Origin: Anaerolineales bacterium
GTDB lineage: Bacteria > Chloroflexota > Anaerolineae > Anaerolineales > RBG-16-64-43
Length of the DNA stretch: 64,000 bases
Direction of reading: 5' to 3'
Assembly: GCA_050012135.1 (NCBI GenBank)
Contig: JBEKHT010000001.1
Location: 83,095 to 147,094 of the forward strand
Part shown: piece by piece, positions 1-9,896 of the stretch
Numbering within the stretch: position 1 is the stretch's first letter
Layout: every line of letters starts with the position of its first letter
Program-made: the position numbers and the translations under genes
Notes under the pieces: generated by a model
The model's database searches: none
What the model saw: the letters and a program-made list of their open reading frames with translations, nothing else
Told to the model about the DNA's origin: nothing

Positions 1-503
1 ACGGTCTGGAGGTCTGCCGGCGATTGCGAGCGGGCAGCCAGGTTCCGGTCTTGATCCTGACGGCCAAAGACGCGGTCGCTGACCGGGTTGAGGGGCTCGA
101 TGCGGGAGCCGATGATTATGTCGTCAAGCCCTTCGCCTTTGCCGAGCTCCTGGCTCGAATTCGCGCTCTGCTCCGCCGCTCAGGACCCGGGGAACCCGAG
201 ATCTTGCGCTTTGGGGATCTGGTGCTGGACACCGGAACTCACCGCGCACGACGGGGCAACCGCGTGATCGATCTGACCGCGAAAGAGTACGACCTCCTGG
301 AACTGTTCATGAGACATCCGCGCCAGGTTCTGACGCGGGAGGTCATTTATGACCGCGTGTGGGGATACGACTTCGGAGGAGAGAGCAATATTATTGAAGT
401 CTATGTTCGCTATCTGCGGCAGAAGATCTCCGCGGACGCAGAGCCTCGCTTGATCCACACGGTGCGCGGTGTCGGCTACGTGCTGCGTGAGGAAGAGGAG
501 TAG
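1..503 (+). CDS. OmpR/PhoB-family response regulator (5' end outside window)
   Basis: The ORF runs in from the window edge. It has a receiver-domain end ([23 protein letters not shown]) followed by a winged-helix trans_reg_C region ([25 protein letters not shown]...TVRGVGYVL). Confidence 0.9.
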   Translation, partial: GLEVCRRLRAGSQVPVLILTAKDAVADRVEGLDAGADDYVVKPFAFAELLARIRALLRRSGPGEPEILRFGDLVLDTGTHRARRGNRVIDLTAKEYDLLELFMRHPRQVLTREVIYDRVWGYDFGGESNIIEVYVRYLRQKISADAEPRLIHTVRGVGYVLREEEE

Positions 504-535
504 ATCCTCCGGTTCTCCTGACCGACGGGCAATGA

Positions 536-1936
536 ATGTCGTTGCGCGCGCGCCTCACTCTGGGTTATTCGGCTGTTCTGGCGGGAGTGCTGTTGGTCTT
601 TTCGGCAGCCCTCTACCTGCTGCTTACCTATGGTTTGGTCTACCAGCTTGACCAGACCCTGGCCCAATCGGCCGAGACGATCCTGCGAACCAGCCGCGTA
701 ACGACGCAGCGCAACCTCCGCATCATCACCCTGCCCTCGCTGGCCTTCGCCGCCCCGAATGTGTACATTCAAGTGTGGAGCAGCAATCGGGAGCTCATTG
801 CTTCCTCCGGCAACGTGAGTTCGCTTAGCGAGCCCCTGGATTCTGCGGACCTGGGGATCCAACAGCAACGTTACAGCGAGGTGCGTATCGCAAGCGCGCA
901 CCTCAGGGTCTTCACCGTGCCCATCACCTTGGCCGGGGCGGAGGCGGGCTTTCTGCAAGTCGGGACGCCCCTGACCACGGTCGACAGGATCCGAACGTCC
1001 CTCTTGTTGATGTTGGTCCTGGGAGATACTCTCGGGATCGTCGTCGCGGCGGCCCTGGGAAGCCTGATCGCGGGAAGGGCCCTGCGCCCCTTGGACACCG
1101 TGACTGAGACCGCCCTTCAGATCACTCGCGCAGATGACCTGTCCCGCCGTCTGGCTCTGGAGGCGCCGGCGGGAAGCGAAGTCGGTCGCCTCATCTTGGC
1201 CTTCAACGAAACCCTGGAGCGCTTGGAGGACCTCTTTTACTCCCAGCGGCGATTCTTGGCGGACGTCTCTCACGAGCTGCGAACCCCCCTGACCGCCATT
1301 CGGGGCAATGTGGACTTGATTCGACGCATGGGCGCGGATGAAGAGTCGCTGGAAGCCATTCAGACGGAGGCGGAACGGCTGATGCGGTTAGTCGGAGATC
1401 TGTTGCTGCTCGCGCAGGCAGAAACCGGCAACCTGCCCATGGCTCATGACCCCGTGGATGTCGACACGGTTCTCCTGGAGGTGTTCCAACAGGGCCGGGT
1501 TCTGGCTCAGGATCATTTGACGCTTACGATGGGGGATTGGGACCAGGCCGAAGTGGTCGGAGACCGAGATCGGCTCAAACAGCTCTTCTTGAATCTGGTG
1601 GCGAATGCGGTCCAGTACACCCCAAGCGGTGGACGGGTGACCCTCTCCCTTCGCCTGGTCGGCGAGTGGACGCACATCTCGGTGACCGACACGGGCCCCG
1701 GGATCCCGGCGGAGGAAATCCCGCACCTTTTCGAACGCTTTTACCGCATCGATCGATCCCGGGCCCGGAAACCTCGTACGGGCGCGGGGCTAGGCCTGTC
1801 CATCGCCTACTGGATCGCGCACAACCACGGCGGCCGGATCGAGGTGGCTTCCGAGCTGGGCAAAGGGACAACTTTCTCAGTCTGGCTTCCGCTGGCGCCC
1901 AAGGAGACTCACCAACCGGCTGCCGTTGCCGCCTGA
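536..1936 (+). CDS. Sensor histidine kinase (2 TM, HAMP, HisKA, HATPase_c)
   Basis: H-box SHELRTPLTAIRGN. N and G boxes are present (NLVANAVQYTP, TDTGPGIP, GAGLGLSIA). The gene starts 33 nt after the response regulator. Confidence 0.9.
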   Translation: MSLRARLTLGYSAVLAGVLLVFSAALYLLLTYGLVYQLDQTLAQSAETILRTSRVTTQRNLRIITLPSLAFAAPNVYIQVWSSNRELIASSGNVSSLSEPLDSADLGIQQQRYSEVRIASAHLRVFTVPITLAGAEAGFLQVGTPLTTVDRIRTSLLLMLVLGDTLGIVVAAALGSLIAGRALRPLDTVTETALQITRADDLSRRLALEAPAGSEVGRLILAFNETLERLEDLFYSQRRFLADVSHELRTPLTAIRGNVDLIRRMGADEESLEAIQTEAERLMRLVGDLLLLAQAETGNLPMAHDPVDVDTVLLEVFQQGRVLAQDHLTLTMGDWDQAEVVGDRDRLKQLFLNLVANAVQYTPSGGRVTLSLRLVGEWTHISVTDTGPGIPAEEIPHLFERFYRIDRSRARKPRTGAGLGLSIAYWIAHNHGGRIEVASELGKGTTFSVWLPLAPKETHQPAAVAA

Positions 1937-2595
1937 GCTCCCGGGAGACCCAGCGCCTGGGCGGCCTGCTGGCACAGGCGCGAGCCTCCCGCTTCCTGCC
2001 ACTCCTGCAGACGCGCGCTGGAGGCCGACCCGGATCGCGCCGCCTGGTAGATGCCGGTGCCCCAGTACACATAGCGCTGGGTCTCCGAAGGCCAGCCTTC
2101 TTGGCTCTGGGTCAGGCGGGCCGGACCCCCGTTGTAGGCGGCCAAGGCAAGAGCCGCCTGCCCATGAGCCTCTTGAAGACCAGTCGCCAGGTAGGTCAAG
2201 CCCCGCTGCGCATTCGTCTCGGGGTCCAAGGCGTTCTCGCCCGGGCGGAAGTGAAAAGGCATCACCTGGAATAAGCCCAAGGCTCCAGAATTGGATTTGG
2301 CCTTGGGATTCCCACATGACTCGATCTGCATGACCGTGGCCGCAAGGTCTGGATCCAGGCCATACTGGTGCGCCCAACGCTGGATCTGGGAACCCCAGAA
2401 CTGGACGGGGCGAGCGAAGATCGGTGATAATCCCGCCGAAGAGGGCCTGGCTGGGGAAGAGGCGGGAGCAAGATCCCTGAGCCGGACGGCCGGGGAGAGC
2501 GAGTGCGCTGAGGCGGAGACGGAGGCCCAGGCCAGAAGCGCCGTGAGTGCCCCGACTTCAAGCGGCAAGGCCCGGACCAAGGTCTCCGAATGCAA
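1909..2595 (-). CDS. Secreted SLT-domain lytic murein transglycosylase
   Basis: N-terminal signal-like segment (ALLAWASVSASAHS). SLT catalytic region MQIESCGNP...GALGLFQVMP...AYNGGP. Confidence 0.85.
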   Translation of the reverse strand: MHSETLVRALPLEVGALTALLAWASVSASAHSLSPAVRLRDLAPASSPARPSSAGLSPIFARPVQFWGSQIQRWAHQYGLDPDLAATVMQIESCGNPKAKSNSGALGLFQVMPFHFRPGENALDPETNAQRGLTYLATGLQEAHGQAALALAAYNGGPARLTQSQEGWPSETQRYVYWGTGIYQAARSGSASSARLQEWQEAGGSRLCQQAAQALGLPGAQAATAAGW

Positions 2596-2621
2596 GCCTG
2601 CCTCGCGCCGAGACGGCCAGG

Positions 2622-3236
2622 TTAACCGAGCTCGCGAGACCCCGGGAGGGCGGGCCCTTCCCGGAGGGACGGGGAGGAAGGGGCAGGCTGGCCCGAGGCG
2701 GGCGTTGCAAAAAGTCGCTTGCCCTCCATCGCGAGCGTGCCGATCAGCAAGATGCGGATCAACCAGACTACAGCCGCGACGAAGATGGGCACCAGGCTAA
2801 TGACTTCCTCTCGCGTCAGAAGGCCGTTGCCCAGGCGAGGCTGGCCCAGGGCGGCCAGGCTCACGGACCACCAGGTTAGGACCGCATTCATGCCCCCCGC
2901 CAGGAACCAGGCCGAGAGGAGGTACCAGGTCTCAAGCCGCTGGGCCTTTTGTTCTCGGGGGGTGAAAAGCCGGGCTAGGCCTCCGAAGTCCATCCCGCAG
3001 AAAGCCATGGCGAGCACGGTTGCGAGCGGGATCCCCAGAAACCGCAAGTCCCCGAGCAGGTCCGCGAGGGCGAACTGGGTCGTGCTGTAGTTGAACACCT
3101 CAAAGGCCAACAGGGCCAGCACGATCACGGTCCCAAAGGCCGCCCCCTGCTGTGGGAAACCCACCTTGAGGTGCCAACCTCGGCTGCGAGGGGTTGCTTG
3201 GGCGACATGGTCGCGGGCCACACTCATAACGCTCAT
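2622..3236 (-). CDS. Hypothetical membrane protein, about 4 TM segments, family not recognised
   Basis: 204-aa ORF. GGAGG lies 6-10 nt upstream of the ATG at 3236. Four hydrophobic stretches are present. The SLT gene lies 26 nt downstream on the same strand. Confidence 0.7.
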   Translation of the reverse strand: MSVMSVARDHVAQATPRSRGWHLKVGFPQQGAAFGTVIVLALLAFEVFNYSTTQFALADLLGDLRFLGIPLATVLAMAFCGMDFGGLARLFTPREQKAQRLETWYLLSAWFLAGGMNAVLTWWSVSLAALGQPRLGNGLLTREEVISLVPIFVAAVVWLIRILLIGTLAMEGKRLFATPASGQPAPSSPSLREGPALPGSRELG

Positions 3237-3279
3237 GGGAACCTCCTGACTGGATGCGATGGGAGAAACGGTTGGAACC

Positions 3280-3307
3280 AGTATAGAACATATGTTCTAT
3301 ATGTCAA
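3280..3307 (-). promoter_or_regulatory. Near-consensus promoter TTGACA-N16-TATACT with a LexA-type (Cheo) box GAACATATGTTC in the spacer
   Basis: Minus strand: TTGACA at 3302-3307 and TATACT at 3280-3285. A perfect 20-bp palindrome TATAGAACATATGTTCTATA spans 3282-3301. Confidence 0.65.
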
Positions 3308-3484
3308 GGGTGCAAAGCAGGTGCCACCCGAACTCTTGGAGCCCCTGTTGCTTGGGGATGCTCAAGCTCCGGGGGCTAGATATGGGGTGGTGGAATCCGG
3401 CGAGGCTTGCTCAGGTTGGTGAGATAGTGGGCGGGAGGCCACGAGAACAGGCGGGGCGAGACCGACGGGCGCGCAGACCCAGAC

Positions 3485-4648
3485 CTAGACCCGCTCGATG
3501 ATGGTGGCCGTGGCCATCCCATGGCCGATGCACATGGTCTGCAACCCGTACCGTCCGTCCACGCGCTCGAGCTCGTGGATGAGCTTGGTCATGAGTATCG
3601 CCCCCGTGGCGCCCAGCGGGTGGCCCAGCGCAATCGCGCCGCCGTTCGGGTTCACCCGGGCGGGATCGGGTTCGAGTTCCTTTTGCCAAGCTAAGACCAC
3701 CGAGGCAAAGGCCTCGTTGATCTCAATCGCATCCAGTTGAGCCAGGGAGAGTCCGGCACGAGCCAGCGCCTTGCGGGTGGCCGGAATGGGCCCGTCGAGC
3801 ATGAGCACGGGGTCAGAGCCGACCACGGCCGTGGCAACCACCCGAGCCCGTGGTTTGATTTGCAGCTGGTGCATTGCCCGAGACGAGGCCAGGACCAGCG
3901 CAGCGGCCCCATCGCTGATTTGGCTTGCGTTTCCCGCTGTGACCACCCCATCCGGCTTGAAGACGGTCTTGAGTGTGGCCATCCGTGCCCGGTCGGGCTT
4001 CAGGCGCACGCCTTCGTCCTGCTCAAAGGTGCGTAGCTCCTCGGTGGGCTCGCCCTCCGGATTGCGGACCGGGACCTGGAGGGGGAGGATCTGCTCGCGG
4101 AACCGCCCCTCGCGGATCGCCTGGCCTGCGCGAATGTGGCTTTCAAAGGAAAAATCATCCAGCCTCTCCCGGGTCAGGTCCCACTCTTCCGCGATCATCT
4201 CTGCGCTCACGCCTTGGTGGACCAGGGAATACGGGAAATCACTGGGCCAGCTTGAGGGCCAGTCGGAGCCGAGCGGGACCCGGCTCATCACTTCAATTCC
4301 GCCCGCCACGACCACATCCATCTCTCCCGAGGCGATGGCTTGGGCGGCGAAGTGAATCGCTTGCTGGCCGGACCCGCACATGCGATTCAGGGAAACGCCC
4401 GGAACCGTGACGGGATAACCCGCCTTCAGGAGGGACAAGCGGGCAATGTTCGCTCCCTGTTCTCCAATGGGGGATACGCATCCCAGAATCACATCTTCCA
4501 CGCGCGCGGGTTCCAAGTGGGCCCGCCGCGGCGCCTCCGCCAAGACCCAAGCGGCCAGATCCATGGGCGAAAACGAGGAGAGCGCGCCGCCGAGTTTGCC
4601 GATGCCCACCGCTGTGCGCACAGCCGAAAGGATGAACACCTCGTTCAT
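3485..4648 (-). CDS. Acetyl-CoA C-acetyltransferase (thiolase)
   Basis: Thiolase motifs NRMCGSGQQAI, GHPLGATG and CIGHGMA. Full-length at 387 aa. Confidence 0.9.
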   Translation of the reverse strand: MNEVFILSAVRTAVGIGKLGGALSSFSPMDLAAWVLAEAPRRAHLEPARVEDVILGCVSPIGEQGANIARLSLLKAGYPVTVPGVSLNRMCGSGQQAIHFAAQAIASGEMDVVVAGGIEVMSRVPLGSDWPSSWPSDFPYSLVHQGVSAEMIAEEWDLTRERLDDFSFESHIRAGQAIREGRFREQILPLQVPVRNPEGEPTEELRTFEQDEGVRLKPDRARMATLKTVFKPDGVVTAGNASQISDGAAALVLASSRAMHQLQIKPRARVVATAVVGSDPVLMLDGPIPATRKALARAGLSLAQLDAIEINEAFASVVLAWQKELEPDPARVNPNGGAIALGHPLGATGAILMTKLIHELERVDGRYGLQTMCIGHGMATATIIERV

Positions 4649-4669
4649 TAACGGCCCCCTCCTGGCCGG

Positions 4670-5122
4670 TCAGCCGCCGGCAAATCTGCTCTCGATTTCC
4701 CGGATGCGCTCGATCTGCTTGCGGTTCCACTCATCCTGGCTGAAGGGGGTGGAAAACCAAGCGTCGAGAATCTCTTTCAAGATGGGCTCGGAAGTCGTAC
4801 GCAGGCTGAGTCCGAGCACATTGGCGTGGTTCCAAAGGCGCGCTCCCCTGGCCGTTTCGGCGTCGGGGCAAAGCGCGGCGCGAATGCCCGGGACTTTGTT
4901 GGCGACCAGGGTTGCGCCGGTGCCGGTCCAGCACATCACGATTCCTTCGCTCGCCTCACCCCGCGCCACCCTCTGGGCGGCCTCGAGGCTCACCAGAGGC
5001 CAATCCGCTTCTTCCCCCTTCTCCGGGCCCAGGTAGTCGACCTCGTGACCCCGGGCCTGCAATTCTGCGAGCAGGGCCTGCACCAGGTGCGTGTGCTCGT
5101 CACTGCTGACGACAACCTTCAT
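4670..5122 (-). CDS. rpiB: Ribose-5-phosphate isomerase B (RpiB/LacA/LacB family)
   Basis: 150 aa. Contains MCWTGTGATLVANKVPGIRAA and the typical RpiB length and layout. Confidence 0.85.
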   Translation of the reverse strand: MKVVVSSDEHTHLVQALLAELQARGHEVDYLGPEKGEEADWPLVSLEAAQRVARGEASEGIVMCWTGTGATLVANKVPGIRAALCPDAETARGARLWNHANVLGLSLRTTSEPILKEILDAWFSTPFSQDEWNRKQIERIREIESRFAGG

Positions 5123-5173
5123 CTGGGAACAGGTTCCTCCAGGCCGAGCCGGTGACTGGGGCCTCGAGTTGGG

Positions 5174-6268
5174 TTAGGCCCTGGCAGGGTCGGGCCCCGC
5201 TGGCCGATCGGCGATCAGATCTCGGAGAATGCTTCGGGCGAGCCCGGGCCCTTGGTACACCAGCCCAGTAAAAATCTGGACCAGACAGGCTCCGGCCTCC
5301 AGTTTGTCACGGGCGTCGCGGGCACTGGCGACTCCTCCGGTGGCCACAATCGGCAACCGTCCCTCGGTGTGCCGGTAGATGTAGTCTACTACCGCCGTGC
5401 TGCGTTCGCGCAAGGGTCTTCCGCTGAGCCCGCCGGATTCGGCGGCCCCGGAAGAACGCAGCCCGGTGCGTGCAATCGTTGTGTTGGTAGCGATCACCCC
5501 CGCGGCTTCGAATCGCAGCAAAGCCGCGAGGGCATCATCCAATTCCTCCCAGGTCAAGTCCGGGGCGAGCTTGACTAGAAGAGGGCGGGCCACTCCGCTC
5601 TGGTCGGCGAGATGGGCGCGCTCGGACTGCAGGTTGGCGAGCAGCATTTCCAGGGAGTCCCGCGACTGCAATCGGCGCAGGCCCGGCGTATTCGGGGAGC
5701 TGACATTGATGGCAAAGTAATCCCCGTATGGATAGAGCTGTCGGAGCAGGTCCGCGTAATCTCGCGTAGCCTCCTCGAGGGGAGTCTCCCGGGCCTTGCC
5801 CAGGTTGACCCCAATCACAAAACCCCGCTGGGCGGGCAGCCGGCGCAGGCGCGCGCGCACGGCTTCGGCCCCGGCACTGGGGAACCCCATCCGATTGACC
5901 AGGGCTTCGTCTTCGAGCAGGCGGAAGACCCGCGGTCGGGGATTCCCCTGCTGGGGCCGGGGGGTCACAGTGCCGACCTCGATGTGCCCGAAACCAAGGC
6001 AAGCCAGTGCCCGAATTGCCTCGGCGTCCTTGTCATACCCGGCGGCTAGCCCCAGGGGGTTGCGAAAGGAAAGGCCAAACGCCTGAACTCGAAGTTCCTG
6101 CCGCGCGTCGAACGCCCAGCCCAGCAGGCGGCGCCCGGCCCCCGCTGCCCCGGCCATCCGCAGCGCAAGCAAGGTCCAAGCATGAATCTGCTCCGGATCC
6201 AGGCGAAAGAGGATGGAACGAAGGAGGGTGTAGGTTCGCAGCGGAGAGGCCCTGATCCCGCCGGACAT
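5174..6268 (-). CDS. pyrD: Dihydroorotate dehydrogenase (quinone), class 2
   Basis: Contains GFGHIEVGTVTPRPQQGNPRPRVFR, NVSSPNTPGLR and IATGGV. The N-terminal extension is typical of class 2. Confidence 0.9.
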   Translation of the reverse strand: MSGGIRASPLRTYTLLRSILFRLDPEQIHAWTLLALRMAGAAGAGRRLLGWAFDARQELRVQAFGLSFRNPLGLAAGYDKDAEAIRALACLGFGHIEVGTVTPRPQQGNPRPRVFRLLEDEALVNRMGFPSAGAEAVRARLRRLPAQRGFVIGVNLGKARETPLEEATRDYADLLRQLYPYGDYFAINVSSPNTPGLRRLQSRDSLEMLLANLQSERAHLADQSGVARPLLVKLAPDLTWEELDDALAALLRFEAAGVIATNTTIARTGLRSSGAAESGGLSGRPLRERSTAVVDYIYRHTEGRLPIVATGGVASARDARDKLEAGACLVQIFTGLVYQGPGLARSILRDLIADRPAGPDPARA

Positions 6269-6273
6269 GGGCT

Positions 6274-7701
6274 TCAGTCCGGGTGGAGAACCGCCGCCGC
6301 TTCTTCCGGCGTCATTTTGCCCTGCTCCTTCCAGAGGTTGACCAAATCGGACAGGCGGGCCACGGAACTCAGCCTTACGCCTTGCTCCTGAAGTACGGCC
6401 TGCGCTCCCTGCTCGCGGTCGACCAAGACCACCACGTCGTTGACCCGCAGTCCGGCTTGGCGCAGCTTCTCGAGGGCCTCGAGCTTTGTCTCCCCGGTGG
6501 TGGCAACGTCATCCAGCACCGCGACGGTTTCTCCCACGGCGAATTCCCCTTCAATCAGTGAGCGGGTGCCATAATCCTTGGCTTCGCGACGCGGATAGAC
6601 CATCGGCCAGTGGCCTTCGAGAGCGACCACCGTGGCGATGGGCAGGCCGGCGTAGGGGATTCCGGCCAGCCGTTGGAAGGAGAGACTCCTGAGAATGGGC
6701 AAGTAGGCCCGGGCGATGCGAGCCAAGTGGTTGGGGCGGGAAACCAAAAGGCGCAGATCAAAGTAGATCGGAGACTGCTTCCCGGATTTGAGCGTGAACT
6801 GCCCGAAGCGGACGCATCCGGATTCCAGCAGCAGGTCCGCAACCTGCCTGACCTCGGGTGAGGGCCGCCCCGGAGCCCGCGATGGGCTGTGCTGGAGTTG
6901 TCTCCGGATCGTGCGCATGACCTCGACCAGATTCTCCGCGGCCTGCCTCGGATTCTCCGCCTGAGAGAGAGATCGGGAGGCAGAGACAAGCAACCCGAGG
7001 CCGTCTTGGCGCAGACCGGCCTGGAGGACGGCACCAAGATTTCCGCCCTGCGAGCCGAGACCTGGAACCAGGAACCACAATTCGGGAACCAGCGCCCGAA
7101 CCCGCTCCAGGGCGACCACATCGGTTGCGCCGACGACCAGCCCGACATTTCCGAGCTGGTTCCAGGATTGGGCCCGCAAGGCCACGCGTTCGTAAAGGTT
7201 CAGGCCTTCGGCCTGAAGGCCCTGGATTTCGTTGGCACCCGGGTTCGAGCTTCGGCACAGGACGAAGACACCGCGGTCCGGGTCTTGCAAGAAAGGCAGG
7301 AGAGCATCCCTGCCAAGATAAGGGCTGACGGTGACGGCCTTGGCGCCATAGACCCCAAAGGCGGCTCGGGCGTAGGCCGTCGAGGTATCGGCAATGTCTC
7401 CGCGCTTGCAGTCCAGAATGACGGGCACTTCGGGCGGGATCAATCCCATCACCTCGTGCAGGGCCCGCATTCCGGCCGGGCCAAGGGCCTCGAAGAACGC
7501 GCTGTTGGGCTTGAAGGCCAGCGCCAAATCGGCGGTGGCCTGGATCAGACGCCGGCAGAACGCCACGGCGGCTTCGGCGCTTGGCTCGGGCAGTTGATCC
7601 AGGTGAGGGTCCAGGCCCACGCAGAGCAGCGAGTCGATTCGCCGAGCGCGCTCATCGAGCCAGGCAAAGAACGGAAGAGACCTGCTTTCCCCGGTGACCA
7701 T
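6274..7701 (-). CDS. pyrF-pyrE: Fused orotidine-5'-phosphate decarboxylase (N-terminal) and orotate phosphoribosyltransferase (C-terminal)
   Basis: The N-terminal half has LDCKRGDIADTS (type-2 OMP decarboxylase). The C-terminal half has FGQFTLKSGKQSPIYFD and the PRPP loop VAVLDDVATTGET. It is a single uninterrupted 475-aa ORF. Confidence 0.88.
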   Translation of the reverse strand: MVTGESRSLPFFAWLDERARRIDSLLCVGLDPHLDQLPEPSAEAAVAFCRRLIQATADLALAFKPNSAFFEALGPAGMRALHEVMGLIPPEVPVILDCKRGDIADTSTAYARAAFGVYGAKAVTVSPYLGRDALLPFLQDPDRGVFVLCRSSNPGANEIQGLQAEGLNLYERVALRAQSWNQLGNVGLVVGATDVVALERVRALVPELWFLVPGLGSQGGNLGAVLQAGLRQDGLGLLVSASRSLSQAENPRQAAENLVEVMRTIRRQLQHSPSRAPGRPSPEVRQVADLLLESGCVRFGQFTLKSGKQSPIYFDLRLLVSRPNHLARIARAYLPILRSLSFQRLAGIPYAGLPIATVVALEGHWPMVYPRREAKDYGTRSLIEGEFAVGETVAVLDDVATTGETKLEALEKLRQAGLRVNDVVVLVDREQGAQAVLQEQGVRLSSVARLSDLVNLWKEQGKMTPEEAAAVLHPD

Positions 7702-7707
7702 GTCGCC

Positions 7708-8706
7708 TCAGGCCTTGCCCAGCACCATCGCCAGGAGGGCCATGCGAATATACAGGCCGTACTCCATTTGGCGGAAGTACGCGGCGCGGGGATCCTGGTC
7801 CACCTCGATCGCGATCTCGCCGACGCGCGGAAGAGGGTGCATCACGATCATCTCGTCTTTGGCCAGCTGGAGGGTCTGGGGCGTGATGACATAGGTGTCC
7901 CTCACCGATTCGTACTGCTGCGGATTCTCAAAACGTTCCTTCTGAACGCGAGTAACGTAGAGCACATCGGTTTCGGGCAACACCGGTTCCAGATCTCCAC
8001 GTTCGCTTTGGGGGATTCCCTTGGCCGCCAATTCCGAGACCAAGTTGGAGGGCATATGCAGGAGCTCTGGAGAAACGTAGTGCAGTTTGACCTTGTAGAG
8101 CGAAAGCAGTCGAGCCAGGGAATGGACCGTGCGTCCATACTTGAGGTCACCAAGCATCGTGACCGTGAGTCCGTCGATGCGTCCCAGCTCTTCCTTGATC
8201 GTGAACAGGTCCAACAGGGCCTGGGTCGGGTGTTCGCCGGTTCCGTCCCCGGCATTGATCACCGGCTTGCGGGCATACTGGGCCGCAATCGCCGCGGAGC
8301 CCAGCTCGGGATGCCGCAGGACGATCACATCCGCATAGCACTCCAGGGTGCGGACAGTGTCCGGAAGGGACTCGCCCTTGGCCACCGAGGAGTATCGCAC
8401 CTCGCTAATTGGGATGACGCTCCCACCCATGCGCTCCATTGCGGAAAGGAAGGAGGACGAGGTCCGCGTGGATGGTTCGTAGAAAAGGTTGGCCAGTATC
8501 TTGCCCTTGAGCAGGTCGAAGGTTCCGACGCGCTCGACCATCGACCGCATCTCCTCGGCCACCCCAAAGACATATTCCAGGTCCTGTCGATTGAACTGGG
8601 AAACGGAAAGGATATCCTTGCCATAGAAGCGGGCCTGGCGCATGTCTCCAAACGGGATGTAGGGGCTCTTGACCCTGCGTTCGCTGGGGGGCACATAGGT
8701 TGCCAT
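7708..8706 (-). CDS. pyrB: Aspartate carbamoyltransferase catalytic subunit
   Basis: Motifs [16 protein letters not shown] and HPLPR. 332 aa. Confidence 0.92.
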   Translation of the reverse strand: MATYVPPSERRVKSPYIPFGDMRQARFYGKDILSVSQFNRQDLEYVFGVAEEMRSMVERVGTFDLLKGKILANLFYEPSTRTSSSFLSAMERMGGSVIPISEVRYSSVAKGESLPDTVRTLECYADVIVLRHPELGSAAIAAQYARKPVINAGDGTGEHPTQALLDLFTIKEELGRIDGLTVTMLGDLKYGRTVHSLARLLSLYKVKLHYVSPELLHMPSNLVSELAAKGIPQSERGDLEPVLPETDVLYVTRVQKERFENPQQYESVRDTYVITPQTLQLAKDEMIVMHPLPRVGEIAIEVDQDPRAAYFRQMEYGLYIRMALLAMVLGKA

Positions 8707-8721
8707 TCTATTCTCCTTTTG

Positions 8722-9852
8722 TCACGGGGCGGGGCCCGATCGAGCGGATGGATTGTGTGCGTGTGTGCGGGGGGTCCTGGAGGATTCCGGCCCCCGGCCG
8801 AACAGGTTGTGTCCAAAACCAGGCGGCGCGAGCACCCGCCCGTCCCGGTAGACCAGTTGCCGCCTCATCGTGACGCGCGTGACCCGCCCTTGAACCTCCC
8901 AACCCTCGAAGGGAGTCCAGCCGCATCGCGAAAGCAGTTCCCGGCCGCGAATCGTCCAGCGCGCTTCCGGATCCACTTCGATGAACGTATCTTCCCATTC
9001 GCGCAGGTTCCAGATTCGAAGCGGATTGTCGTGCATCCTGGCGACCAGGCCCTGCATCGTGAGCCGCCCCTGGCGGACCGCCCCCAGGAGCAGCGCAAGG
9101 GCAGTCTCCAGGCCCGGGAACCCTGGAGGCGGGTTCGGGCCGTCCTTCTCCGAGGGGGTGTGGGGAGCATGATCGGTAGCGAAGCAATCAATCACCTCGA
9201 GCTGGGCCCACAAGGCCTCCCGGTCCGAAGCTCGCGCCAGCCTCGGTCGGACTTCGGCCCGGCCAGCACCGATCTTGGAAATGTCCTCTTCGTCCAGGAA
9301 GAGGTGGTGAGGCGTGACCTCGCAGGTCACCGGCCATCCGCGCTCCTTGGCAAGCCGGATCAAGGCGATCTCCTCGGCCCGGCTGACGTGGGCCACATGC
9401 ACGGGCTGATCGTGAAGAGCGGAAAGCAAAAGCGCCAGGGCCAGGCTGCGGCCCTCCGCGTGCACCACCACGGGCCGGACTCCTCCGGGCCAATGGGCGA
9501 AATGCTGGATCACTGAGGTGAGGTCATCCAAGCGGAGCGGGCCGTAGGTTTGGTCCAGATACAGCTTGAGACCGCAGGACGGGGGAGCGAGGCCGGGGGC
9601 AGTCGCGACGTTTTCCACGCTGCCGCCCAGGTAAAGGCCATAGTCGCAGCGCGCGTGCTCGGTCGCCAGCTGCTCGACCTGTTGGAAGACTTCCGCGGTC
9701 GTGACCGGGGGTTGTGTGTTGGGCATGGCCAGCACGCACACGAAGCCGCCGGCGAGAGCGGCCGCCGTCCCGCTGCTCCAGTCTTCCTTGTGCGTCGCCC
9801 CCGGTTCGCGCAAGTGGACGTGGGGATCCATCAGCCCGGGAAGCCTCAGCAT
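8722..9852 (-). CDS. pyrC: Dihydroorotase (short N-terminus)
   Basis: DPHVHLREPG metal-binding motif and amidohydrolase fold signature. I placed the start at MLRLPG (ATG 9852). The longer ORF from 9966 would read through a canonical intrinsic terminator. Confidence 0.8.
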   Translation of the reverse strand: MLRLPGLMDPHVHLREPGATHKEDWSSGTAAALAGGFVCVLAMPNTQPPVTTAEVFQQVEQLATEHARCDYGLYLGGSVENVATAPGLAPPSCGLKLYLDQTYGPLRLDDLTSVIQHFAHWPGGVRPVVVHAEGRSLALALLLSALHDQPVHVAHVSRAEEIALIRLAKERGWPVTCEVTPHHLFLDEEDISKIGAGRAEVRPRLARASDREALWAQLEVIDCFATDHAPHTPSEKDGPNPPPGFPGLETALALLLGAVRQGRLTMQGLVARMHDNPLRIWNLREWEDTFIEVDPEARWTIRGRELLSRCGWTPFEGWEVQGRVTRVTMRRQLVYRDGRVLAPPGFGHNLFGRGPESSRTPRTHAHNPSARSGPAP

Positions 9853-9896
9853 CTTCTTGCCGTTCCTGCCGGAGTCGCAAGGGGCCGGCACCAGGC

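Noticed and set aside
6889-9516. An 875-aa plus-strand ORF, the longest in this part of the track.
   Set aside because: It lies entirely antisense to pyrFE, pyrB and pyrC, which have unambiguous catalytic motifs. Its sequence is Arg/Gly/Pro/His-rich with no recognisable domain. It is a typical shadow ORF of GC-rich DNA.
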